Under the pieces are notes generated by a model. That model ran no database searches and had not been told where the DNA came from. It saw only the letters and a program-made list of their open reading frames with translations. A stretch of 64,000 nucleotides of DNA from Dictyostelium discoideum (taxonomy: Eukaryota): positions 4,096,001 through 4,160,000 of the forward strand of contig CM000150.2 of the NCBI GenBank assembly GCA_000004695.1, in the 5' to 3' direction. Shown one piece after another: positions 1 through 10,976 of this stretch. Within the stretch, counting starts at the first letter, position 1; each line of letters opens with the position of its first letter. Both the position numbers and the translations under genes were made by a program.

Positions 1-585
1 TAAAGAATTTACTTCTAAAATGTATGCTCTCAAAACTATGATAATGACTGCTTTTTATTATCACCTTTATCATTTCAGTTCATCCAATTTTGTATTACAC
101 AAATAATTATTTTCACAGTTTATAAAAAAAAAAGAAAAAAAGAAAAAAGAAAAAAAAAAAAAAAACAAAAATAATATGTATAAATATATAAATAAATATA
201 TTTATATCTACAAAAAAAAAAAAAAAATAACCACATAAAAAGAAAAACGTGATTAAAAAAAAAAAAAAAAAATTTTAAAAATATATATCTACAAAAATTA
301 ATTTTGACTAATAACCTAATTGTTATTGTCCGACTGTTTAAAAAATAAAAAGATAAAAAATAAAAGATTTCTATAACTATTTATTTCAAAAGAAAGATTA
401 ACAAGTTATTAAAATATATTAATTAGACCATCTATTTGTATAGATTAAAAAAATGAAATAATAATTGTTAAATTTATTTATTAATAATTTTTTTATTTTT
501 TTTATTTTTTTTTTTCTAAAAATTTTATTAATTTATAACCTTTAAAATAAATATTTTTTAAATAATTATATTTCATTAATTAAAA

Positions 586-767
586 ATGGATAAAAGTTTA
601 GCAGAAAAAATAAAAAATGTGGATATTACCCCAAAAGAAATTTCCCATTTTAAAACAAAGGGTTTTATTCAAATAGATGATGTTTTTGATGTTAATTTAG
701 TAGATCAAAAGTTGAAACACTTTTCGATGGAAAATTTCCAACTAATATATGGCCAGATGGTACTTAA

Positions 768-818
<51 letters not shown>

Positions 819-1420
819 TTTAATAATTATATTAGTAACCTTTCTTTATTAAATAAATTTTAGAATGGAATTATCGTAAAGGGTTATCAGTTGAAAATTC
901 AACAAGAGAAATTGTTAATATTTGGAAGTGTGATCCATTTTTTGCTAAAATTATATTTAATGAAAATATTGGAAAAATGATTTGCGATTTAATGGGATGG
1001 TCAGGATGTCGTTTAGCACAAGACGAGTTATTTTGGAAACCACATTTAGGTGGTAGTGTAGGGTATCATCAAGATGGACCATATTTAGATTTTTTACCAG
1101 CTGAAACTATTGCAATATGGGTACCATTAAATGATGTTTCAATTGAAAATGGTACACTAGAATATGCAACTGGAAGTCATAATTGGAAAACTCCAAGTGG
1201 TATAATAGATGATTTTCATAATCCATTAAAATTTAAACTAAAAATGGAGGATGCTGCCATGATTGAAGGAATTGAAAAACCAGATATTCATGTGGTAACT
1301 TTGAAAAGAGGTGGAGTATCATTTCATCATGGTAAATTATGGCATGGTTCTTCAAAGAATCCAAGTTCTACCAAAGAGATGTGCTTTTCATTTCATACCA
1401 GAAAATTGTGTATTCAATGA
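586..1420 (+). CDS. Phytanoyl-CoA dioxygenase family (PHYHD1-like) 2OG/Fe(II) oxygenase. Two exons, about 586..759 and about 864..1420, separated by an AT-rich intron. The C-terminus may continue in the +1 frame to 1571.
   Basis: Exon 2 translation ...REIVNIWKCDPFFAKIIFNENIGKMICDLMGWSGCRLAQDELFWKPHLGGSVGYHQDGPYLDF...WVPLNDVSIENGTLEYATGSHNW...GGVSFHHGKLWHGS... carries the H-x-D...H iron-binding facial triad and aligns with the human PHYHD1 core as I remember it. Exon 1 opens at an ATG after a poly-A tract. The intron 760..863 is nearly pure A/T. The splice phase at the junction does not resolve cleanly by eye. Confidence 0.7.
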
Positions 1421-1593
1421 TAATACTGGTTATTTTTATGGTCATTATAAATTCTTTGACAGTAATAGAGTTGAAGAATCATTCTTCCCAATTACTTATT
1501 CATCTTCAGGTAAAAGATCAAAGTGTTGTGATTATTTTTATTCTGATGATAGGATAATTAATAAATTTTAATTAAATATTGAAAGTATAAAAA

Positions 1594-1626
<33 letters not shown>

Positions 1627-2006
1627 AATAAAAATTAAATGTTTAGACTGCAAATCAATAACATTTATAAATTTAATTTCTTGTTAATTTAATTTTCAGG
1701 ATAAAAATATTATTTTAAATTTTTTTTTTCTGCCATATAAAAATCTCATTACGCAGCTCCCCTTAATTTTTTTAATCATAAAAAAAATTCTTTTTTTTAT
1801 TTTAAGATTTTTTTTTTATTTTTTTTTTTTAAAATATAGAAAAAGTTGGCACGTGGTTTAGATTTTTATATACTGATTCTTTGAAATGGTTTTTTTTTTT
1901 TTTTTTATTTTTTTTTTTTATTGTTTTTTTAAAACAAAAACCTTCTTTTTTCACTTTTACTTTTACTTTTTTTTTATTTTTTTATTTTATTTTATTTTTT
2001 TTAAAG

Positions 2007-2451
2007 ATGTCAAAAATATCAAATAAAATGAAAGCTTATGGGGGAATAGTATTCTTTTTTTTATTTATTTTTTTCAATAAAGTTAGTTGTCAATTGGTTA
2101 GAGATTCAATACCGAACCAATTGGATATAGAGAGTTTCTCACAACAACAAAGTTATTTATTTTATCAAGATACATCAAATTCAACAAAATGCTCTTATAC
2201 TTTAAGGTTTATTGTAAAAGATAACGATAGTGGTACATTAAGTTTAAAAAAACTTTTTTCAACAGATAGCCCAAATATTTTATACTCGACAAAAACTTCG
2301 ACATCAACGGTTTTAGTTGTTGAATTTAGTGGAATAATTCCTATTGGTTCCCACACTTCAAATTTAACGGCAATGTCATTATATCCACCAATTCGAATTG
2401 TCCAATCTGATTATAGTTTAACTTTAACTTGTTCATGTAATATTTTTTTGA

Positions 2452-2506
<55 letters not shown>

Positions 2507-5500
2507 ATAATAATAATAATTTATTTATAAAAAATAATAATAATAATAATTATATAAAATATTAATATTTTATTTTTCTTCTTATAAAAATAAATATAAA
2601 ATAAAAATAAATGATCAAAAAAAAATAAAAATTATAGTGGTTGATTCGTCAACATTAACAATAACAATTGATGATGTGATAAATTATGATACAAATATGG
2701 CATTTTATTCATCAATTAGAATTCATGGTATGGATTATCATAGATTTAATTCATTGGATTCTTTAGGTTCAGATATTTTTTTCCCATTCGCCAGAACTAA
2801 TATATTTGGATATAATTGGGATCCTTTAATATTTGAAAATCAAAGAAATTCAATTTTTACAATTTCAATTGTAGTTTCAGGTGTAATAATAAATTTAAAA
2901 ACAAAATCTTTTTATTTTAATGGTAAAAATCTATTTATCTTATTTATATTTAATATTATTGAAAAAAAAAAAAAAAAAAATTAATTAAATTATTATTATC
3001 ATAGTTCCATATCCAACAGCTCAAATTTATTATTTTTTTCCACAAAACATTATATCTACCCCTTTTAATGAATTCGGATTTCATTATTCCCCAGTGCTTT
3101 CTACCACTAGTAACACACAAACAGCAAAACCATATCAACTATTATTATCACCTAATAAATTATATACTTTTTCAAAACCAATTTCTGGTAAAAAAGGTAG
3201 AATGTCTTTTATTGCAGCTTTTCAGAATTCATATGGGTTAAATAACTTTTCACTTATCAGTCCACTTGAAGATCAGCCAAGAATATCATTACCTCTGAAT
3301 ATAAAAGGTACGTACTTTAATAATAATAATAATAATAATAAAAATAATAATAATGATTATTAATATTATTAACTGGGAAAAAAAAACTTTTAAAGAATTT
3401 TATAATGGTTCATATGGAAATCCTCAACTTATTTTGTCGTTATATGGTTTTGGTTCTATAAATATACCAACTTTGATACCATTATTTCAAGTGACATTTA
3501 CTGGTAGTTATTATAGATTTTTTGATAATCAATACAAGGTTGGAGTTGATAAACTTGATGCTGGTTGGCCATTTGGGTATATTAGTGGTAATCAAACAAC
3601 CTATGTTCACTCTGTTGACTTTTTAAGACCAATAAACTATTCAGCACTATCTATCATATATAGATTTGGAAGTACTTTACCAAATGAATTTTTTTATCAA
3701 TCTGTTGTAACCAACCTTGGTAAGTAAAATAACAATACTTTTTATTATTATTATTATTATTATTATTTAAACCTCTTGGTGATGAAATGCCATTATGATG
3801 ATTATTATTATTATTATTATTATTAATTAAAAACACATAATAAATTATTTACATTTAATTAAATTATTTTATAGTAACGGAAACAACCCAACCAATTTTG
3901 GTCAGTTATAGCTTCAAACGTTTAAAAGGAAAGAATTCAAATTATTTATTCACAGCAAATATAATTTCAAAGAATGGAGTAAAGAGAATTATATTTGATG
4001 ATATTGATTATGGTTTAAAAACATTAGTTTCAGGTTCAAATAAAAATGGTGTTTATGAAATTATATATACACCATCACAAAATTCATTCTCTGGGATAAT
4101 TTCTTTTTTATGTTATGACATTTATGAAAATAATTTCTACTATTTCCAAGACCAAATTGTTTCTTATGAACCATTTTTAGTTTTTAAAGTTCCTGATTGT
4201 CTTTCAAATTGTAGTTATTTTTATTTAAAATTTAAAAGTATATATAAATATATTAATTATTTGTTTTTTTTAATTTAGATATAAGCGTGGATAGTTTTGA
4301 TAACATCAGTTTCGCAAAGAATAATTTAAATTTATTAAATTCAGCAGGTTATAATACAATGTATTTAAATTCGAGTAAAATTGATCCTGATTCACAACTA
4401 GTACTAATTTTGATGGATCCAATTTCAAAATCATATCAAAGTGCTCAAGGTAATATTCTTTATGGTTCATTTCCAATTGTTTATGATTCAAATTTAAAAT
4501 TATTTACATGTGATTTCATTGTACCAAAAAATAATTTATTTGGTGAAGTTTCGTACTATATTAAATTTACAAATGGTGTTTTGACAAGTAATGAATTAGG
4601 ACCAAATACACCAAAATTATTAGTAAATGAAACATGTATGTATTTTTTTAATTTTTAAAAAATAAATAGTTTAAATTTTTATTTTTTTAACCTTTTTTTT
4701 TTTAATTAAATAAATTTAGATCTAGATAATCAAGGACCAATTTTTAGTTTATTAGTCCCGTTAAATAATGGAGTAATGGTTGATGATAATAGTAGGGAAT
4801 ATGGATATATTTTTAATATTACAGATGATCTTAATGGATTTAGTAGCGGTAGTATAACAGTAAAAGGTTCAATAGATAATTCAAAATATGTATTCAACTT
4901 TTCATTATCAGATGCAATGTATGGTAATAAATTTGAAAGTCAATATCAAATTTTAATTCCAGTTTCAAAACAATGTATATCACAAGTTTATATTATCACC
5001 AATGTAATTTTAAGAGATACAAATAATATTACATCAATTTATAATATTTATAGTAATAATCCAGACCCAACCATAACTCCATTTTTAAAATTTTATGATG
5101 ATGGTATTGGATCAACATATTTAAATATAATTTGTAATCCTCCTATACCAATTGATGAAGATTATCAACAATTAGTTTCTTTCAAACATTCAATTACAAA
5201 CTCAATTATTGATGTTGGTAAATTAAATAATTCAATTAGATTTGACTTTTCAATTGATACACCTAGAACAGGTATAAAAGATAATCAATTACCAATAGTT
5301 TATATAATTAGTGAAAAATTGGATAAAGTCGAATGCCTTTCAACTTTAGAACTAGTAGATAAAATATATGGAACTACAAATTACACATGTACAACTACAT
5401 TACCAATTGGTTTTGGTTATCCTGGTATTTTGATTTTTTCAATTTATGGTTTTATAAATAATGCAGGTTATTTTTTTGGTTATCCAACAGATACAATTGC

Positions 5501-6857
5501 TAAATTTTTTCCATCATCATATTATGTCAATATAAACTACCTTGTTGATGAAGAACCAATTATTACATCGACTGATAATATTTTTTCAACTGGTGGTAAT
5601 TTATTAATTTATGGTAAATCATTATCAAATACAAAACAAGTATCAATTTATTATTCTGAAACCAATGTACAAAGTACAATAGTTCAAGATGAAATATATG
5701 GATCAAGTGCAGTTTTAATCAATTCAATTTCGGAAACATCAAAACCATTTAAAATTCAAATAATTACAACTTCTGGTTTAAAATCAAATGAATATTGGGT
5801 AACTCCAATTTATTTTGAAACAACAACCCCAGTAATTCCAACTAATCCACCACAAAAATGTAGTGGTAATCCAGAATGTGGCGGTAAATCACAAGGTTAC
5901 TGTTCACCAAATGGTTGTATTTGTTTTTCACCTTGGATTGGTACAAGCTGTCAATCAAAAGTTATAGTTGTACCACCACCAATTGTAAATCCAAATGAAC
6001 CATCAACTAATATTATAACCAATTCAAGCAAAAGTGAAACATCATCGTTAGTTGGTGTAATTTCAATTGTTTCATTAAGAGAATTAGATCATAACAATAA
6101 AGTTATTAAAATTTTTAAATTTGAAAAATGGAATCAAACAAATTTAGAAAAGAATAAAAATATCTATTCAACAAGCATTAAATTTCAAGATAATAATAGT
6201 AATAACGATTGTTTTATAAATGTTGAAACTGAATGGTATGAAACATTAAGAAATATAACATTTGCAAATCAATTATTAGTAATGAATCCCTCAACATTAA
6301 AATATAATATAAACATTACAGCATATCCATTCCAATCGAAATTAAATACACTCCAATTAGTAATCAGAGCAAAACTAACTCAAAATGATTATAATGATGA
6401 TATATGCTCAAATCAAGAATTTGGTAAAACAGTTGCAGATAATTCAGATTTTATTCAATTATCAGTAAAAGATCATTCGTTATATGGTAGATTTGTTAAA
6501 AGAGGTATCGTAGATGGTAGAATTACATCAATTGGTAATGTTAAACTTAATGATTTAGATGATGAATCAAATTATTATACATCAGATTCATTCGTTGGTA
6601 TTGTAATTCCACAATACACAAATCTAATTCAACTAGATCCTGATTTTGGTTTATTGGTAGATAGTTCACCAACTGATTCAACATGTAAAAAAAGTGCATC
6701 ACTTTCAAAAGAAGCAAAGATTGGTATAATCGTAGGTTGTATTGGTTTTGTAATTGTTGTTGTAATAGTTGTAACTTTATGTGTAAAATATAAATATCAT
6801 ATTAGAAATTTAAAATCTGTTATTAAAATGAATCAAATCAAAGCGAATAAAAATTAA
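2007..6857 (+). CDS. Multi-exon gene of about 7 exons for a large secreted/type-I membrane protein. It has a signal peptide, beta-rich repeats (IPT/TIG-like, Tgr-like family guess), one EGF-like Cys-rich module, a single TM helix and a short basic cytoplasmic tail.
   Basis: Exon-sized ORFs lie in alternating frames at 2007-2430, 2633-2900, 3004-3310, about 3400-3719, about 3885-4200, 4287-4640 and 4718-6857. They are separated by A/T-only stretches with GT...AG ends. The N-terminus MKAYGGIVFFFLFIFF is signal-like. The last exon has CSGNPECGGKSQGYCSPNGCICFSPWIGTSCQSK (EGF-like), then IGIIVGCIGFVIVVVIVVTLCV (TM), then KYKYHIRNLK... It shares motifs (YTCT..LP.G.G...IL.SIYG; ...L.IYG...) with the genes at 47232-56208. 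Confidence 0.65.
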
Positions 6858-7220
6858 AATATTATTTCTATCTTTTTTTTTTTCAAATAAATAAATATTA
6901 TCTCCTTTTTTTTTTTTATTATTTTTATCTCTTTTTAGGTTTGAAAAAAAAAAAAAAAAAAATAATAATGTTATTTATCTTTTTTTTTTTCTTTTTTATC
7001 TCTTTTTTATCTCTTTTTTTATCTTATTTTTTTTAAAAAAAAAATAAATTTAACAATAAAAATAATTACTTTAAAAAACTTATTTTAACCAAAAAAAAAA
7101 AAAGAAAAAAATAAGAAAAAGATTTTTTGAGATAAAAATTTTTTTTTTTTTTTTTTGTGATGATTAATAATTTGAAGTTTTTTTTTTTATTTTTTTTTAT
7201 ATTTAATTCAAAAATTAATA

Positions 7221-8786
7221 ATGGATAGTAATAGTAATAATAATAATAATATTAATAATGATATTAAACCAAATGAAAAATTGTTTTTTTCAGTATGGAG
7301 AAATATTTTTTTAAAAAATAATATATTTGTTCAATTAAATTTATTAAAAAGTTATAAAAAAGTTTCTATACAAACTTTGGAAAATTTAAAAAATCAAAAA
7401 TATAAAAAATATATTGAAAAGATTGTTTATTATAGCGATGATAATATATTAGACGAAAATATTTTATTAGAATTCGATATTTTAAAAACTATTAAATTTA
7501 TGCATCAAGGGTTTGAATTGATTTCTCCATCAGTTTTACCAATTGGTTTAAAAAAGTTAATATTCCCAATAAAGAGTAACTCTTTAATTCATAATTTTAA
7601 AGATAATGAAACATGTAGTTTTTCATTGTTCCCAAGTTCAGTTACTGATGTTAGAAATGTTTATGCAAAGGATCCAATTATTTCAATTCCTTCAAATATT
7701 AAAAGAATTCATTTTAGGAGTATTTCTCAAAATGCATTGAATAAAAGTGATTTTAATAGTGGTGGTTTTGGTGGTGTTGGTGGAAATTCAATAACAGAAC
7801 TTGGATTTTATATTGATGAAAGTACAATTAAATTAAATTTTGGTATGATTCCATTTGGATTAATAAAAAGATTACATATGGAAACAATGTCATTAGATTT
7901 TAATAAATTACCAATATCATTAACACACTTGAAATTAGATATTAGAATGGAGATTGTAATAAATAATGTTTTGTATTTTTCATTTGGTAAACTTAAAAAA
8001 CTTGAATTAATTTCAAAAAATAAAATTGAAATTCATAATAATATGTTTCCTGAATCTCTCACTCATTTAAAAATGGGGTCACCATCTATAAGATTAGGTC
8101 AAAAATCACTACCATCAGGTTTATTATTTTTAATGGTTACAGATACTATCCAAGGTATGAATAATAATAATTGGTTACCCCTATCATTGAAAACATTAAT
8201 TGTAAAAGGCCATCCTAAAAGTGGTTGGTATGGTTACCAATTTAGTTCATTGATAATTCAACATGTTAATTTACCACCAAAACTTGTACATCTACAATTT
8301 GATGACAAAGGTTTTGGATATGGTGATAATCAAATACTTACACCTGGTTGCATCCCACGATCATTAACCTATTTAAATTTTGGTTCAAATTTTAATCAAG
8401 AAATTTACAAAGATGCACTTCCAAATTTAGTTGAAATCAATTTTGGTTCAAGATTTAATAGATATTTAGATCCAGGTGTACTTCCAATAAATTCATTGAA
8501 AAAATTAACTTTATCAACTGATTTCAATAAGAAACTTGAGATTGGTTCATTACCAGATTCAATAACTCATTTAACATTTGGTTATAATTATAATCAACCA
8601 ATAATATCATTACCATCCTCATTAACTTGCTTAGAATTAAATTGTCCAAATTATTCTCATAAAATTGATACTTCAAATTTATTCCCACCTTGTCTATCAA
8701 AATTAGTTTTATCAAAAAATTTTAAACAAAATGATTTAATTTCAAGAGATTGTTTTTATTCTATTGATAAAGTTTTAATTGAATAA
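7221..8786 (+). CDS. FNIP-repeat protein (Dictyostelium FNIP repeat family), single exon.
   Basis: There are repeated about 22-aa units with LP.SLTHL.FG..FNQ.I (LPISLTHLKLD, FPESLTHLKMG, IPRSLTYLNFGSNFNQEI, LPNLVEINFGSRFNRYL, LPDSITHLTFGYNYNQPI, LPSSLTCLELN). The N-terminus is Asn-rich. The ORF is uninterrupted at 521 aa. Confidence 0.85.
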   Translation: MDSNSNNNNNINNDIKPNEKLFFSVWRNIFLKNNIFVQLNLLKSYKKVSIQTLENLKNQKYKKYIEKIVYYSDDNILDENILLEFDILKTIKFMHQGFELISPSVLPIGLKKLIFPIKSNSLIHNFKDNETCSFSLFPSSVTDVRNVYAKDPIISIPSNIKRIHFRSISQNALNKSDFNSGGFGGVGGNSITELGFYIDESTIKLNFGMIPFGLIKRLHMETMSLDFNKLPISLTHLKLDIRMEIVINNVLYFSFGKLKKLELISKNKIEIHNNMFPESLTHLKMGSPSIRLGQKSLPSGLLFLMVTDTIQGMNNNNWLPLSLKTLIVKGHPKSGWYGYQFSSLIIQHVNLPPKLVHLQFDDKGFGYGDNQILTPGCIPRSLTYLNFGSNFNQEIYKDALPNLVEINFGSRFNRYLDPGVLPINSLKKLTLSTDFNKKLEIGSLPDSITHLTFGYNYNQPIISLPSSLTCLELNCPNYSHKIDTSNLFPPCLSKLVLSKNFKQNDLISRDCFYSIDKVLIE

Positions 8787-9354
8787 ATACAAATATAATA
8801 ATTTTAAATAATAAAAATCTTTTAATTTTGGGAATAAAAGGGGATGATTTTTTTTTTTAAAAAAATAAAAATAAATAAATATTCCCTCATTTTTCAAAAT
8901 AAAAAGACAATTACGAAATCTATAATAATTCATATTTAAAATAAATAGAATTAAATGAAAAAAATAAAAAAAAAGTTCTTTATTACAAGACAAAAAGTAA
9001 TAAAAAAAACTTTGTAAAGTTTTTTTTTTTTTTTTTGTTTTATCATACTTTTTTTTTTTTTTTTTTTTTTTAACCATTTTTCAATTTTTATTTATTTTAA
9101 TATTATAAAAAGTTGGTATTATTTTCTTTTTTTTTGAAACGATAAATATCTATATTTAAAAAGTCAACCGTTTGATATTTTGAAAAAAAAAAAAAAAAAT
9201 TAAAAAATTAAAAAATAAAAAAAAATTAAAAATAAAATATCTAAAAATACAAAGGAAAAAAAAAAAAAAAATAGATTAATTTCAAATAAAAAACATTAAA
9301 TTTCCAACTTTTTTCAATCACGCTCGATCATTTCCTTTTTTTTCTTCATCAAAT

Positions 9355-9420
9355 AATTTTAATTTTTTTAATTTTTTTAATTTTTTTAATTTTTTTAATT
9401 TTTTTAATTTTTTTTTTTTT
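9355..9420. repeat. Intergenic (AATTTTTTT)n minisatellite, about 7 units.
   Basis: ttaatttttttaatttttttaattttttt..., read directly from the sequence. Confidence 0.8.
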
Positions 9421-9624
9421 TTCAGACTTTATCCTTTCATTTTTGTGTGAGCCCTGCATATTTTTGTAACTGCTATCAAATTTTCAAATTATGCGTTGAA
9501 TTACCAAAAAAAATCTTTTTTTTTTTTTTTTTTTTTGACGTAAATATAAATAGTTTTTATTTTTAAACATTTCATTTTCCATAATTCATTAATAAAATAT
9601 ATTTATAAATAATTATAAAAACAA

Positions 9625-9654
<30 letters not shown>

Positions 9655-9658
<4 letters not shown>

Positions 9659-10522
9659 TTAAAGTCTTACCACTCATTTCTTTTATTTTAATCATATTAG
9701 CAGCTGTATGTACTATCATTGGTTTTTCAAGTATGTATTAATTTATTTGTCTTTATCTTTTTATTTTTAATTTTTTTTTTCTATTTTATTTTTTTTTTTT
9801 TTAATTTTTTTTTTTTTTTATTAATTTTTAAATCATTTTATTATTTAAGCTTATTGGTATCAAATAAAAATCGAGGGTGCTGATGGTGCAGTTATTGAAA
9901 CTTATTATAAATATAATAAAGTTAATGTTATTGTTTCAATTGATGGAGATGAAGTATCAGGAACAACTGGATATGATGAAGTAGATGGAGAATTCTCAGC
10001 TCAATTAAAATTCTATAAAGCTGCCTTAGCTATGGATATTTTAGCCTTTGTCAATTTATTCTTTTCAGCATGCTACTTGGGTTTTGCATTATTCAAAGGA
10101 ATTTCTCAAGCCAGTCAAACAAAATTTAAGAATTCATTAAATGGTGCAACTATATTTTTAATTATTGCTACATTTGTTGTATTAGGTTTACCAAAGGTAT
10201 TTTTTCAATAATTTTTTTATTTTTTTATTTTTTTTTTTATTCATTTCGTAAATTAACAATTCATTTCTATTTTTTTTAAAAGGCTCGTAGAGAGGATTGT
10301 GAAGATTATGCTAATGACAGTAGTTATAATTACTCTGGTAGCCAAGTTAAAGATATTTGTAGTATCGGAATTAATAAAAAATTCATTGGTAGTGAAACTG
10401 AAGTTGATGGTTCAAAATATTCATGGGGACCAACAACTGCTTGGATTGCCATTGTAATTGGTCTTGGTCTCACATTCTTTAACAATGTCTTTGTTTACAT
10501 TGCTCCAATTTTCAAAGACTAA
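9655..10522 (+). CDS. Small four-TM membrane protein in 3 exons (9655..9730, 9850..10196, 10283..10522), uncharacterised, with claudin/PMP22- or tetraspan-like topology.
   Basis: The ATG follows an A24 tract. Exon 1 encodes MVKVLPLISFILIILAAVCTIIGFS. The introns start GTATGT and GTATTT, end in AG, and are A/T-only. Phases are consistent (76+347+240 nt = 221 codons). The translation has four hydrophobic helices and two roughly 55-aa loops, the second loop carrying a Cys pair. The ORF track misses it because the exons lack internal ATG starts. Confidence 0.7.
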
Positions 10523-10602
10523 AGAATTTTTTTTAAAAAAAAAAAAAAAAAACAAAAAAAATAAATTAACAACTTGCAAAAATAAACAAATATGTTTATT
10601 AG

Positions 10603-10637
<35 letters not shown>

Positions 10638-10976
10638 ATTCTACATGTTTCTTTTGTTTATTTAATAATTTTTAATTTAAAATCTAACTAGGACTAATAA
10701 GTAGAACAAGAATCGATGATATATTATTTTACAATTTGCAAAATATATTTATTAGATTAAAATAATAAAAAATATATTTATTAGACAAAAAAAAAAAAAA
10801 TGAAAAAAAAAAAAATGAAAAAAAAAAAAATTTCTATATGTTTCTTATATTTATTTAATAATTTTATTATTTCAAATCCAACCAGAATCAATAAGTTGAA
10901 CCATAGTCGTGATAATTTATTTATTTTTTTTTTTTTTTTTTTTTTTTTTTATTTTTTATTTTTTTTTAAAAAATCC

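Noticed and set aside
1881-2006. The 5' extension MKWFFFFFLFFFFIVFLKQKPSFF... of ORF 1881..2456.
   Set aside because: It is a poly-T tract translation. The credible start is the ATG at 2007 or 2028, ahead of the signal-peptide-like MKAYGGIVFFFLFIFF.
8775-9077. Minus-strand ORF 8775..9077 and plus-strand ORF 10800..11009 with poly-K and poly-F.
   Set aside because: These are translations of intergenic homopolymer A/T tracts.
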